DNA of 64,000 nucleotides, from NCBI GenBank assembly GCA_052327205.1, contig CM126230.1, forward strand, positions 17,112,001 through 17,176,000, written 5' to 3'. Position numbers and translations under genes: made by a program. Below the pieces are notes generated by a model that ran no database searches, was not told the DNA's origin, and worked only from the letters and a program-made list of their open reading frames with translations. Positions 13,022-25,900 of this stretch are shown here, one piece after another (the stretch's first letter is position 1; every line of letters starts with the position of its first letter). The stretch comes from Somniosus microcephalus. Its lineage: Eukaryota.

Positions 13022-13700
13022 TGGGCCACGATATTTGTGAAGTGGGCGCAGTTTTGCGGTTGGGGCCTGCCGAATTTAATAGCAGGACCTGTTTACCATT
13101 TTTGGAATCCATTTCCCAGCCACAGCCAGGCAGATTGAGAGCTTAGTTGGCTGTCAGGTGGGTAGGCCCGCGGCACCAGGCCGCAGCCGGGGAGCGGAGA
13201 GGTCGGTGGGGACATCAATGGGGGGGTCTAGAGAGATTGTGGTTTCCCGGAAAGTTCATGGATTGGGGGGGGGTGGCCCAAAGAGATTGGGAGAGGAGGG
13301 GAGAAGATCGTGGAGGAGAGTGGGCAGGGGGTGTGGCGCGGGCAGTGGAGAGGACCATGGGGGGTGGGCATGGGAAGAGTGCAGGCTGGAGAGGACGTGG
13401 GTGGGGCGTGCAGGACGGAAATCGCAGGCCGGGGGAGACATGGTGGGGTGGAAGGGCAGGAAGGAGATTGTAGTCCGGGGACGACATGGGGTGGTGAGAA
13501 GATCACAGTCTGGGGAGGGCATCAGGGTGGGGGGCCCGATCGCTGAAGAGGTTAACAAGGTAGTTTGGTGGGCCGGGGCAAAGCACTCCTGCTCCTCCTG
13601 GCCCACAGGCAGCGCTGGAAAGGCACTTACCTGCTAGATCCTGCAGTACTCGTCTCCCTTCAGCTTCCGGATTTCCCGAGGCCCGGGAAATGTGGTCTCC
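13022..13700. mobile_element. Truncated copy of GC-rich family C
   Basis: CCTGCCGAATTTAATAGCAGG and CAGCCAGGCAGATTGA match 7532-7605; G-rich interior. Confidence 0.5.
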
Positions 13701-14095
13701 AGTGCAGTAGTTGAGAGGTAATCATTAGTTCCATGGCACACTATCCCACTCAGTTCAGAGGAGACTCGGCCTGCTTATAGAAACTACTATTTTTGCTGTG
13801 AATTAAAGTTTAAAATGTTGTGAGAAAGCCCATAATTGGAATACCAACCTTTCACCAGACTGAATAGGGGATACTGATGATTAAACATTCATCTGAAATG
13901 TTCATTATTTGAAGTTACTAATGATATGTATTTCAGCAGAATTTTTTTTTAATGACATTGTTTATTTATTGGGGGGAAATCTCATTGGTATTTTCTGTAG
14001 GTCAAAATGAGTCTTGTATTGTAAAGAAAACACTGTAATAATATAAATCATGCCACAATTAACTGTGATGCGCTTTGTGTACTGTAATACATATG

Positions 14096-14665
14096 GGCCC
14101 AGAAATTCGGGTTGGGGGCTTCCCGCGGGTGCAAGCCCCCGACCTGCACTTACCTTGCGCGCCGGCCGTTGAGCTGTGGGCCCCCGTGGAATTCCGATCC
14201 TGGGCCTGCTCCAACTGCCGGCGCGCAGTGCTTGCGTATCCCAGGGGCGCAGTTAGTTCGATGCGCCCCCTGGGATCACGTGGGCCATGGAGAGCCAATC
14301 GGAGCAGGGAATGCTCCATTCATAAGACTGACAGGAAGTGCTGTCAAACTTAGAAATACTACGGGCCCCTTCTTACAAAACATCACTAAATCTTCAAATA
14401 ATTTTTTTTTTAAATCACATTTTTTAAATAACTATAAATTAAATGAAATAACTATTTTAAACAATTTAAATTTTTGGAAAAAATAATTTTATTTTCTAAC
14501 GGGGCTAAAAATAAACTTACCTTGCTTTAAAGTATTTAAAAATAATAAACCTGTGGAAAAAATGTTTTAATTTTAATTAATTCACCACTTACCTTGTAAA
14601 AAGCAGGCCTTACGCCTGCTTTTTACATTTCTAACTTCTGCAGGCTTACCTTCCTGGGAAAACCT

Positions 14666-14705
<40 letters not shown>

Positions 14706-14893
14706 CATGAAGTTCGATGCGCACGTGCAGCCTCCCCCGCGCACGCGTTCCACCTCTGAACCCCTGCTTTCAGGGGAACGGAAGTGCCGGTTTCCCACGC
14801 ATGCGCAGTGCATGCAGGAAACCGGCACTTCCATTGGGCCTACGGGTGAGTACCCCGTGTGTACTCACCCGTGGAGACCCGAAGTTCTGGGCC
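14096..14893 (-). mobile_element. PIF/Harbinger-like non-autonomous element (family B); strand is only relative to the 25901 copy
   Basis: TIR GGCCCAGAAATTCGGGT / ACCCGAAGTTCTGGGCC; 3-bp TSD ATG; reverse complement of 25901-26647. Confidence 0.8.
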
Positions 14894-17261
14894 ATGGAGT
14901 TTGTGGTCCCCTGTTAAAAGTCTTGTATATTGTGATGCATATACGGTATGTAATTTCCCTATGATACTTGGTATCACTGTAGTGAGTCAGATGGTATAAT
15001 AGTGCTGGAGTTTCAGAGGAGTCTGTCATCTATTTGCAATTTAACTTTTCAGCCTGAATTAAAATATGTTTAAAAACAGCAACACAGATATATCGCAGAT
15101 GTTGTCACCTGAACCTTTCTGTTGTTTTGTAGCCAGCTCTCTGTTTTCTGTGTGATGCTTGCTCTGCTATTTACTACAATCCATGCAAGAGGGTTATAGC
15201 CCAGTAAAAGAGGTTTTTAATTTTTGTCTCGTCTCATACTATTAGAGCTTTAGCATCCTCATCTTGAAAAATAATATTGTGAATATTATTTTTAAGCAAG
15301 GTTACCATATAATGCGCAATCTGAAAGGAGATTTTGCCTAAAATAAGTGATTAAATATATGCATTTTGCCATCAAATTTTTCACAATTCGCTTTTCTTCA
15401 GTATCTGCACTAATCATCACATACGGAATTTGCTTACTATTGCGCACTATATTGCACACACTCAATGCACATGACATTCATAAAAATCTTGGAGGCTTGA
15501 ATGAAGTCAAACCACCTCAGGTTCTACACCCATAACCATCTGTTTTCCATCTAATTCTATACATTATATTGCAGTATAATGTTGTGTGCTGCTGTATAAA
15601 GTAGTACCACACTGCTGTATACTGTGCAGCAAACGATTGTAGTTTGCTTAGTACGGACACTTTATTGCAGCACTGAGGGAGTGCTGTATTATTGGAGGCG
15701 CTGTATTTCAGAAGAGGAATTAAATTGAGGCCCCATCTGCCTGTTGAGGTGGAAGAACCCGGAGCACTATTTGAGAAAGAGGAGGGGGGTTGTGCAGGTG
15801 TCCTGGCTGACACTCGCCTCTGGGCCAGTGCCACCAAAAACAGTTTAACTGATCATTTATCTCATTTGCTGTTTGAAGGATCTTGCTGTGCACAAATTGA
15901 CTGATGGGTTTGCCTTCATAACAACAGTAACTGCATTTCAGAATAATTCATTGCCATAATATAAATCCCAAGTTTGTTCTTCTCTCTGTGCTACACTGCT
16001 GTATAGTCTCTTCCCTCACCTGGTGCTGTTACAGCACTGCCATTCTATGCTCCATAGCACTTCTAAAATTATCACCTTTGTGTTGAGTCTTCCACATATG
16101 GACAGTTAAGTGTTCATTGGCACCTGTACAGCTGAATGGTAAATTACATTTTTGCATCTAGTTTGTGAGATGCCTCCTGCCTACCGTGCTAATAGTTGGA
16201 TATTTTTGTTTCACCTTTTCAACAATTGATTGGAATGCCCAATGTACAAGTTCTTGGTCTCTTTAATTTTTCTTTGATACCTCATCAAGAAAATTGCCTC
16301 CCTGTGTCTTTACAATAACATCTCTCATTAGTCTTCAATTTTAATTTCTGTTTATAAGTATGATCTCTTTCCTTGCTCTGAGTCAACAGAGAATCTCCCA
16401 GGTCTTCATTCTTCATGACTACTAAGCTCAAACCTCAAGACCATCAAGGCTAATGTATTGGAGGATTTGCTTTTTATTGGATAGACCAGGAGTGTCCGAA
16501 ACCTTTGTCTTTGTGGGCCGCTTGAGTGTTCACTATAAAGCCCCACAGAGCGTAAATTAAGTCCAAATAAATGCATCTATTAATTTGCATATATCTCAAA
16601 TTCCGTTAATTGATAACAGATCTAGGTGTTCAGATGTAGGACTAATGACAGAAAAGAGCTGAGAAAAACTTTCGCAAACCTCAGGCTTGTGAAATTCTAA
16701 CTGGAGTAACCAGTGGAGTGAGGAATATAAGTGCAAATAGGATTGAAGTGCTAGCGCTTCATGGACCAGACAGCTAGAGTTTATGAGCTGCACCTTTACT
16801 CTAGGCAGTAGTTTGGATGCCCCAAGGATTGACTTCTTGGTCTTCAATAAAAATACTTCGGTCACATTGAGTATCTACGAAATGTTTCCTCTAATGCTGG
16901 ACTTGTTTAAACACTCCAGCAAGAAACTACTTTTAATCCCAGCACTCAAATAGAAGTTTTTGATGACTTCCTTTTAGCAACTTGAGTAAAGACGGCTTGG
17001 CTAACTCAAGTGGCTCAGCAAAGTGTGTAGAAATTTTCAATATTGAGAGACCACAGGATTCTACCAGCCCACTACTTGCCCTATACATGATTCTGTCCAT
17101 TTGCATCACTACATCAGTTAGCTGAGATTCTTTAGTTTCTGGGAATCAGGTTTGCAGTGACAGGAATCTTTACATCATATGCACTTTTGATATACCAGGT
17201 GCTGGGCAGGTTTTTCATCATAAGAATATAGGAACGAGGAAAAGCCACCCAGTTTATTTTC

Positions 17262-17965
17262 CTCTCCCTGGCCACTGTCTGAGGCTGAATCAGACTGTTT
17301 GCAACTGTGGCACCCTATTTGATCCTGAGATGAGCTTCCAACCCCATATCCGCTCCAGCACCAACAACACCTACTTCCACCTCCGTAACACATGCCGTCT
17401 CCACCCCTGCCTCAGCTTATCCATGCCTTTATTACCTCTAGACTTGACTAATCCAATGCTGTCCTGGCTGGCTTCTCACCTTGCACCCTCCGTAAACTTG
17501 ACCTTGTCTGAAACTCCCTATCCTAACTCGCACTGTCCTGTTCACCCATCATCCCTGTGCTCGCTGACCTACATTGGCTCAGGTCCGCCGGCAACGCCTT
17601 AAATTTAAAATTCTCATCCTTGTTTTCAAATCCCTCCATGGCCTCGCCCCTCCCTATCTCTGTAATCTCCTCCAGCCCTACAACCCTCCGAGATCTCTGT
17701 GCTCCTCCAATTCTGGATGTTCATTGCTCCACCATTGGTGGCTGCGCCCTCAGCTGCCTGTGCCCCGAGCTCTGGAATTCCCTCCCCAAGCCCCTCTACC
17801 TCTCTCACCTCCTTTGAGACGTTGCTTAAAACCTACCTCTTTGACCATCTGTCCTAATATCTCCTTATGAGGCTCTGTGTCAAATTTTGTTTGATAACGC
17901 TCATGTGAAGCACCTTGGGATGTTTTGCTACGATAAAGGCACTATATAAATGCAAGTTGTTGTTA
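17262..17965 (+). mobile_element. L2-clade LINE 3' fragment
   Basis: Decayed RT C-terminus (LHWL...FKILILVFKSLHGLAPPYL); tail AAAGGCACTATATAAATGCAAGTTGTTGTT. Confidence 0.8.
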
Positions 17966-19650
17966 TCAGCCAAAGCCTCTTTCAGGATCCAATCTAACTA
18001 TTTCACAGTTTTGTTTTCAATCTCTCCACAGCATACTGAAGTAGGAATTTGTCCAGTTTCCCTCTGAACATCAACTGAGTCAGTATTTACTGTTGACAGT
18101 CTGTATCCTAAATCAATAACTACAATCGTGAAGAAATTACTCATTATATTAAGTTATTCGAGGCACAAAAATGTAGGGTTAAAGTACAGACATAGTTCAA
18201 GTACAGTTTCTCACACTCCTCATCAAGGGAAGGGATCTGATTACGAGGGAATGGAACACTTTTCCACCTTTATGACTCATTTTCAACATCAAGCGTTGGC
18301 AGTTTTAAAACTCGATACTGTGTGCTTAGTGGGATGCAATCAGTTCCAGGTACCAAGCTAAAGAGAAATTGCTTCTCACTGTTCCTCTAAACACCTTGTA
18401 ATTTTTCATTAGCCTGGTACTTAGAACTGATTGCATCCTATTGGAGTTTAGATCAGGAGGACCCTGCCTGCAAGCTGTGCAAAGGTTTAAGCCTCAAACT
18501 CTGTCCTTCAGAGAAATTGGAGTTACATTGGTAGGTGATGCTCACTTTCTGTTCAATTTCTTTTCATTAGTTTTTAAAAAGCACCAGCCACAGCTGAAAA
18601 TCCCACCTTCTGGCAATGAAAACAGTAACTGACAGTAATTTATATTTTATTAAAATCATCATGTTAGTGTTACATCATTCTAAAATATGGGGTTATTTTG
18701 AATAAATACATTCATATAACTAATTTTTTTCAATTCACTTTTTCTTCATGACCTGCACAACATTACATTGGAACCCAGGCAACGGTAAGCAATTTTTTTC
18801 TACTCATAGTGGACCCACTTTTTTTTTAAAGGATACTGGGTGACACAGCGGGTTCGATACTGGCCTTTCATCTGTGGGAGCCAGTCTGATGGGATTAAAG
18901 TCTCCTCTGTCTGTAGGCTGTAAGAGTCCTACATGAAATAGGTATGGCCAATGCCAGTCCCAGTGGACATGGGCCCATAGCACTAAACTGCTGTTAAATC
19001 TCAGGGAGGCCACAGGAAGCAGTTTTATTCTCTGTCTGACGACCTGAAAGCATATGATACTTACAATGAGTAACCAAGATACAAAGTGTTCCATTCCCTA
19101 TAACAAATAACCCTCATTTTGATGAACACAGTATTCACAAAAGTAAAGTCTGGGATCATGTGCAAGGGTGCACCCCAAGCATCTTGTATTCTCTTTACAA
19201 TGCTCATGTCCCATATTTTATATTATGGTCATTTTTAAAGATTGTATAGGTCATGAACATATATTGCCAGCACTGTACCACTACATGGGAGAGACCTCCC
19301 ACATAACAGCTGTTCACATCATTTCTTTGGGGTTTCCGCTGATCTGTTTGACGTTATGGTGGAGATGGGGAGAACCCTGTGGAAATTCTACCCCCTTAGC
19401 TCTACTGTACATCAGACGGTGAGACAAACTTACTAACAGCGGTGAAGCTGTTAAAGACAGCGCATTAATTTGTTTAGCAATGTGGTGTACATATACTGCA
19501 TATGGTACGGAACAGTAAATGTGAATCATTAGGAGGTGGCATTTACCCTATATGATGACTTTTAAAAATAGTGCGATACTCAGCTGTTCCCTCATTTACA
19601 TAGCTAGGATGCAGGTAGGTTCAATTCAAATAGTCCACTTTGATCACTTA

Positions 19651-20929
19651 TCTATATATATAAAGCAGCTCTTCTGTCTGTCCCGATGTCTGTCTGTCTG
19701 TCTGTCCGTTCTCTATACGTTTGAAAGTTACAGAGCGTACCGACGCGCGCGTCGCCTCAAAAGAAAGCTTGCGATTCCGGACCGGTCATAGGCGTATTTA
19801 CGTTTCGGCCGGACAAAAATCCCGCCCGCGGTATCCCAAAAACGTTCAGCGTTCCGCTCATTAGCATCTCATTAGCGACCGTGTGACGTCGAGGTCGACC
19901 AATCGGACGGCGGGTTCCTTCCTACAGTTGAGTGTCGAGTGACTCGATGATTGACCAATCCTACGCTTCGGCGACCTGACCGGTCGACCAATTGGTGCGT
20001 GTGTGGGCGGGCCTTATCCTTCTGAACCGAGGTGAGTGGCCGCCATCTTGATTTTTCACGATTTTTTTCCCCACACTTTCAGTGTGTTAGGGAAGTAAGG
20101 TAAATATTTGAATTATGTGTTAGGGAATTAATTAACAATTTATTTGAGTTTTATATTGTGTTTAGCAACCCCCCCCCCCCCCCCCCCCCCCCTCCTCCTC
20201 ACCCTCGCGCAGGGGGGACTCGGGGCCTGAAGCTCAAAAAATTTCTCTCTCTCTCTCTCTCTCTTTCTTCCCTCTCTCTCTCTCCTTCTCCTCTTCCCTC
20301 TCTCTCCTTCTCCTCTTCCCTCTCTCCTCTTCCCTCTCTCTCCTTCTCCTCTTCCCTCTCTGTCTCTCTCTACTTCCCCCTCTCAGGTTTCACGGTGTCG
20401 CGGGCGGGCCGCCCGAAGTTTCCCGCTCGCTAATGGCCGCCAAGCCGCCCTTGCCTGCTCCCCGCGGGCCGCCTCGCGCTGACCGCGCATGCGCCGCCCG
20501 CCCGCAGCGGCCGTCCATCAGCCGCGCGCTACCCGGGGGACCTCAGCTCCGGTCCGTCCCGGCTTCAGAACCCGACCGCGCCTTAAGCGCTAGGCCCCGC
20601 ACGGCCGCTATCGCAACGACACCGGACCTCAGGCGCTAGGCAGGGGGAGGGGCCGGAGAGAGGGACAGAGGGGGGAGGGGAGGGGGTGGGCGAGGGGAGG
20701 GGAGGGGGTGGGCGAGGGGAGGGGAGGGGGTGGGGGAGGGTAGGTGTGGGGGTGGGGGAGGGAGACGGGAGGGAGAGGAGGGGAGGGGAGGGAGAGGAGG
20801 GGAGGGAGAGAGGGGAGGGGAGGGAGGGATAGGACAGGGAGAGGACATGACAGGGAGAGGGGGCACACACAGGGGCAGGGAGACCAAGCGCCCCAAAATT
20901 GCCCTCGCAACGCGGGGCTCCCCAGCTAG
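19651..20929 (+). mobile_element. Non-autonomous Helitron
   Basis: Starts TCTATATATATAAAG after an A, followed by (CTGT)n. Subterminal hairpin GCCCTCGC-AAC-GCGGGGC at 20901-20918. Ends CTAG before a T. No TSD. Confidence 0.88.
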
Positions 20930-21076
20930 TAATTTATAATTTAAAATGATGTAACAAAGCCACAAAACTTTTGTATGTGCCTCTGCCCCTGCAGGTTCGG
21001 TATCCATGTTGTATTTTAATCACATTCACGTTGACGATCAAACAAACATTCTTTTGTCATTGAAGTAAAACTCTAG

Positions 21077-21639
21077 GGGGGAAAAATTGAGTCACGCCCC
21101 CTTTGGGGCACTAACTTCGCCAGGGTGCTACTTTTAGCGCCCCCGTGGCTGAAATTAATCGGTAGCGCCCCAAGATGGAAGTGGGGCACTACTGGAAGCA
21201 CTCCGCCTCCCTCTTGGGGCGCCGCGAGGCGCTGTGGCATGTCGTGTCGCATTATTGCAGGTTTTCCTCCCCTTCTTAAAGGGGAGGGGCCTTGCGCAGC
21301 GTGACCCAGGGCCCAGCTGGGCCAGCAGGATCGGAGTTCCAGCAAAAGAGCCCAGCACACAAGAGAAGTGCCGAGCTCATGGAGCGCAGCCGGCACTCCG
21401 CGGGGCGGGGGGGGCGGTGGTGCTGCAGAGGAGGCCGGGGACGACAACGGAGGCAGGTGCTGGCAGGCGGCCAGTAACAAAAATGGCCGCCCAGCACCTC
21501 GCCTTTAATTAGTGCCGCCCCGGCTGCAGGTAGGCCCCCCTGACCCCGTCGGACATAGCGTCCAGCGGTAAGTCAGAGGGCGCTGCCGAAGCTAGCGGGC
21601 GAGTTAACCGGAGGCGCAAAGCAACCGAATTTCTCCCCC
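21077..21639. mobile_element. GC-rich Harbinger-like MITE
   Basis: Imperfect TIR GGGGGAAAATT / AATTTCTCCCCC; 3-bp TSD TAG. Confidence 0.65.
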
Positions 21640-24219
21640 TAGGTTTCATTTTTAGAACCTAGCAGCGTGCCTTGTATAATACATTGAAAAAGCAGTATAG
21701 TGCCCAATCCACTTTAGGTAGAGATTCTTATTCCCATGTTGCCCCTCAGTAGAGATACAACGAACATCTTCCTTAAGTCTCCACATATGATTCCTTTGCT
21801 TGATGCAATGATACTGTTGACCCCTCACCTCTTCCGCACCCCCAAAAGTTTCCATTGACATCAGCACTAAATTCATATAGTCTCAAATAAATTAAAGAAT
21901 AAATGGCTTGCTCATGGACCATTTTTTATCTCTTTAGTTTTTGCTGGAGATATATTCAAACATTTATTTTAAAATGTTTTTTAAAAAATTTAATTAATTC
22001 ATGTGATAATTTAAAGAAGCATAATTTTACTGTAAATGCTTTAGTTCAGCAATTAATGCAAGCTGCTGTGTAAAACATAATTTTCAATAAAATTTATCCT
22101 TTTGAGTTTATATAACATGAATTGATTCTCACAACCCTTTTAAACGTGAGTAGCAAAAAAGAAAATTAAAATAATTTCAGAAATGAGCACTTCTCAATCA
22201 TCTTTATAATCCCCTTCAGTGCCCCAGTTTTTGTTTAGTTATGGTCGGAGTCCACTCTATAAATACCAGCACGGACACCAAGATTGAGGAGTATTTATCT
22301 GATTACATTTTTAGGGGGTAGGGGTGAGGGGGGCGGTAAATTCCCTTGAATTGCCATCACATTTCAGCTGGATGGTCATTGCGCTTAGCCTAGTAACCCA
22401 TGAGCTTTTAACTAGATTTATGGACATTCTTATGTCTCTACGTTCTAGATATGGTCTCCTTGCAGCATCCAGAATCATTCTGCTTGGGGAAAGTCATTTT
22501 GCTGTATCTAACTTGACTATTTTCTGTTATGTCAAAAGAAGGTTGTATGTGGGCTGTTTGCCCAGGCAGCTGTTGAACCCTCTGACATTGCCTCAGTATT
22601 GTTATGAACAGAGAAATATGCTCAGTCTGGTTTCACTGAGCTGCAGTTTCCAGGTATGGAAGCCAGGATACTGGATTCTTTTAGAAGAAGGTGATACTTT
22701 ACCAGAATGATTTGGAATAAAAATCAAGAAATACCAAGCTTACTTGATCAATACTTAGGATCATGTATAGGCATTCAAAATACGTTACCTAAATTTAGAA
22801 TTTTCATGGACAAATAAATCTGGATTTAACATGTGCAGGAAGGCTAAAGGTATCTTCCAATGCCAGCTAGTCAGTAGTGTGATGTAATCAACTCAGTTTT
22901 GTATATCTAGCAGTATAATCATCAGATGTTCAAGTTAGGCTATTAGATATGTCTAATGAAGGAATACACTTCATTAGTGCTTAGTTGTATAAGATTTTCT
23001 CTGAAGTGATGAATAAGACTATGCTCGTCACTCATTCAAGAGTTAGAGACTCGTTTTGTCCTCGGGGGTTATAAAAGGAAAAACTTGTGCGCTGTATCAT
23101 GTTGTGGCCAACAGTGGCACTCCAGTTTTCAAGGATAATTGGAACTGAGTTAGTTGTACATCTAATTCTGGTCTCCACTCCAGAAGTCTTCTGGCAGATT
23201 CAGTAATTCACCCAATGTCACATGCTGTGGACGAACACACTTTGCTAGATTTGCCACCACTTCTTTCAATCGAGTTTCTGTAGTGAGTTGCATCTGACAG
23301 TGCATTAATGTTACTGCAGGTACTTGGTTTGTGGAATATACTAAGATAGGTTATTCCACATAAGTTGGAAGACCATTTTCCTTATGCTTGTTATAGTGGC
23401 CAAAGTGATTGTTGCCAGTGCTGAGGAATCAGTCATGTCTGTGGCCTCTCTGAGTTTGTAAGATTAGTGTCAATTTGTGAGAAATTTAGTGCTGTAGATC
23501 CATATATGCTAGAAACTGGATATAGATTACCCCAATCCAATTTCTGTAAGACATTTTCACATCACACAGCAAGAGAGAGAGGAGAGCTTTATTCAGTCAT
23601 TCTGGACTGGGATCCAAGTAATCGAAGGACAGTGTTCTAGATCCATGCACCAAACATTTCCATGGAGGTTTATTGATAAGCTTAAACAATGTCCATACAT
23701 GGTACTTGATGTTATCCACTCTTCATCAACATGATTGTTTACAAATGCCTTTCCATGGCTGCTGCGCATTACTGGTAAGAGTATCTCAATCTGCTCTTAC
23801 CTTGGTCAAGGCTAGCCTTCCAAAGTTGGGGTTCATTTTAAAGTATTCAGAAAGTATTTTGAGAAGGTACATGTAACAGCAAAATTGTTTTCCTAAGATT
23901 GTCTATATAGTGCTCACCTCTTCTCAGCATATTGCGACTTCTGGCTGGCTCTTCCAATCTGCTTGTCTTTGTCAAAAAAGTTTCCCACGAATCTCTCAAT
24001 CATCTTTTCTCCACATTCTACAAAGGATTTCTGTTTTGTCCTGTGTGCCTGTTTGTATAATCTCTAAATTTGTAATGAATTAAATTCTTCAGATACATTG
24101 ACTTTTTGTATATGTAATGTACTCAATAATTGATCATAGTCCAGATTTTGATCATCTTCCCTCAGCACCTTACCGAGAAACTGTCATGAAGGAATCAATG
24201 AGGTATGAACGCGGAATGA

Positions 24220-25300
24220 CTCCATCCCTCTCCCTGCAACTGTCTGAGGCTGAACCAGACGGTTTGCAACTTGGCGTCCTGTTTGACCCTGAGCTGAGCT
24301 TCTGACCCCATATCCTCTGTATCAACAAGGTGGTTTACTTCCTCCTCCGTAACATCGCCCATCTCAGCCCCTGCCTCAGCTTATCTGCTGCTGAAACCCT
24401 CATTCATGCTTTTGTTATGACTAGACTTGACTATTCCAGTGGCCTCCTGGCCGGCCTCCCACCTAACACCCTCCATAAACTTGAGCTAATCCAAAATTCT
24501 GCGGCCCGTATCTGAACTTCCCACATCTCCCTTTCACCCATCACCCCCTGTGCTTGCTGACCTACATTGGTTCCCATTCCAGCAGAATCTCGATTTTGAA
24601 ATTCCCATCCTTGTTTTCCAATCCTCCATGGCCTCGCCACTCCTGATCTCTGTTACCTCCGACAACCTTCCGAGATCTCAGCGCTCCTTCAATTCTGGTC
24701 CTTGCCCATCCCCGATTTTCTTTGTTCCACCATTGGCGGTCGTGCCTTCAGCTGCTTAAGTCTTAAGCTCTGGAATTCCCTCCCTAAACCTCTCCGCCTC
24801 TCTTTCCTCCTTTAAGGCACTCCTGTAAACCTACCTCTTTGACCAAGCTTTTGGTCACCTGTCCTAATATCTCCTTATGTGCTCAGTGTCAAATTTTGTT
24901 GGATAATCGCTCCTGTGAAACGCCCTGGGATGTTTTACAATGATCAAGGTGCTATATACAGGAAACTTTTTTTTATCTGGCACGGACGGGACCGACGTGG
25001 TGCCGGTTCATCAAAAATTCCGGATAACCGAACGCTATAGTAAAAGATATGGAGCTGAGAGCTCCGTATAAAGCAACAAACCCTGTTGCTTAGCAACAGC
25101 TTCAGAACAATGGCCACAAGTTGCAAGCGTCTCTGTAGCTTAGCAACAGCTGCAGCCACACACTTGCACAGCAACAAATGGAGGGGAAGGCAAGTAATAA
25201 AAGTTACCTGAACCTACTCCTGCATTTTGCCGGTTAACCGAAATTTCCGGTTATTTAGGTGCCGGTAAATCGAAAGTATCCTGTAAGTACAAGTTGTTAT
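24220..25300 (+). mobile_element. L2-clade LINE 3' fragment, tail interrupted by a MITE
   Basis: AAETLIHAFVMTRLDYS...LHKLELIQNSAARI; the tail resumes after 25283. Confidence 0.8.
24959..25283 (+). mobile_element. MITE family A copy
   Basis: TA|CAGGAAACTT...AAGTATCCTG|TA; interior shared with the copies at 39565 and 41333. Confidence 0.88.
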
Positions 25301-25900
25301 TTAAAGGTGACCTAATTGAAAAGAATGGGAAGGCATTATAAGAAATTACCTCAGTCAGGCCTTCTGTAATTGGGTTTAAATGATCTCAGTTGTACGCAAG
25401 CCAGAATACATGGGCCTGATATAAGTGTTGACTGTTTAGCGAAAGTAGATGGGTTCTGTTTTATGTTGCAATGCCATTGATATCTGAAGGAGGAACTGTG
25501 TGGAGGTACACCCTCGAAGCTAGATTGGGATTCACTCAGGATGGAATAGGAGAATTTTGAAGTGTTAACCATTTTGATCTTTTAAAGAGACACTGACGTG
25601 ATAGTGTAGTGGTTATGTTGATGGACTATTAATCCAGAGAATTTGAGTTCAATTTCCTCCATAACAGAATTCAGTTTTTAAAAAATCTGGAAATAAAAAG
25701 CTGGTACCAATAAAGGTGACCTTTCACTGAAGCTGTCAGATTGCCGTAAAATCCCAACTGGTTCACTAATGTCCTTTAGGGAAGGAAACACCATCCCTAA
25801 ATGTGACTCCAATTCCACACCACCATGGTTGATTTTTAACTCACTTCTGAAGTGGCCTAGCAAGCCACCCAGCTGTACAAAGGCAACTATTGAAAACAAT

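Noticed and set aside
13147-13637. Clusters of overlapping GC-rich ORFs (also at 20.1-21.5 kb and 7.4-7.9 kb)
   Set aside because: Low-complexity interiors of non-autonomous transposons with no recognisable domains.
22320-24000. Protein-like fragments on the - strand, possibly an ancient element (similar impression at 8.3-10.9 kb)
   Set aside because: Many stops and no motif identifiable with confidence; needs a translated profile search.
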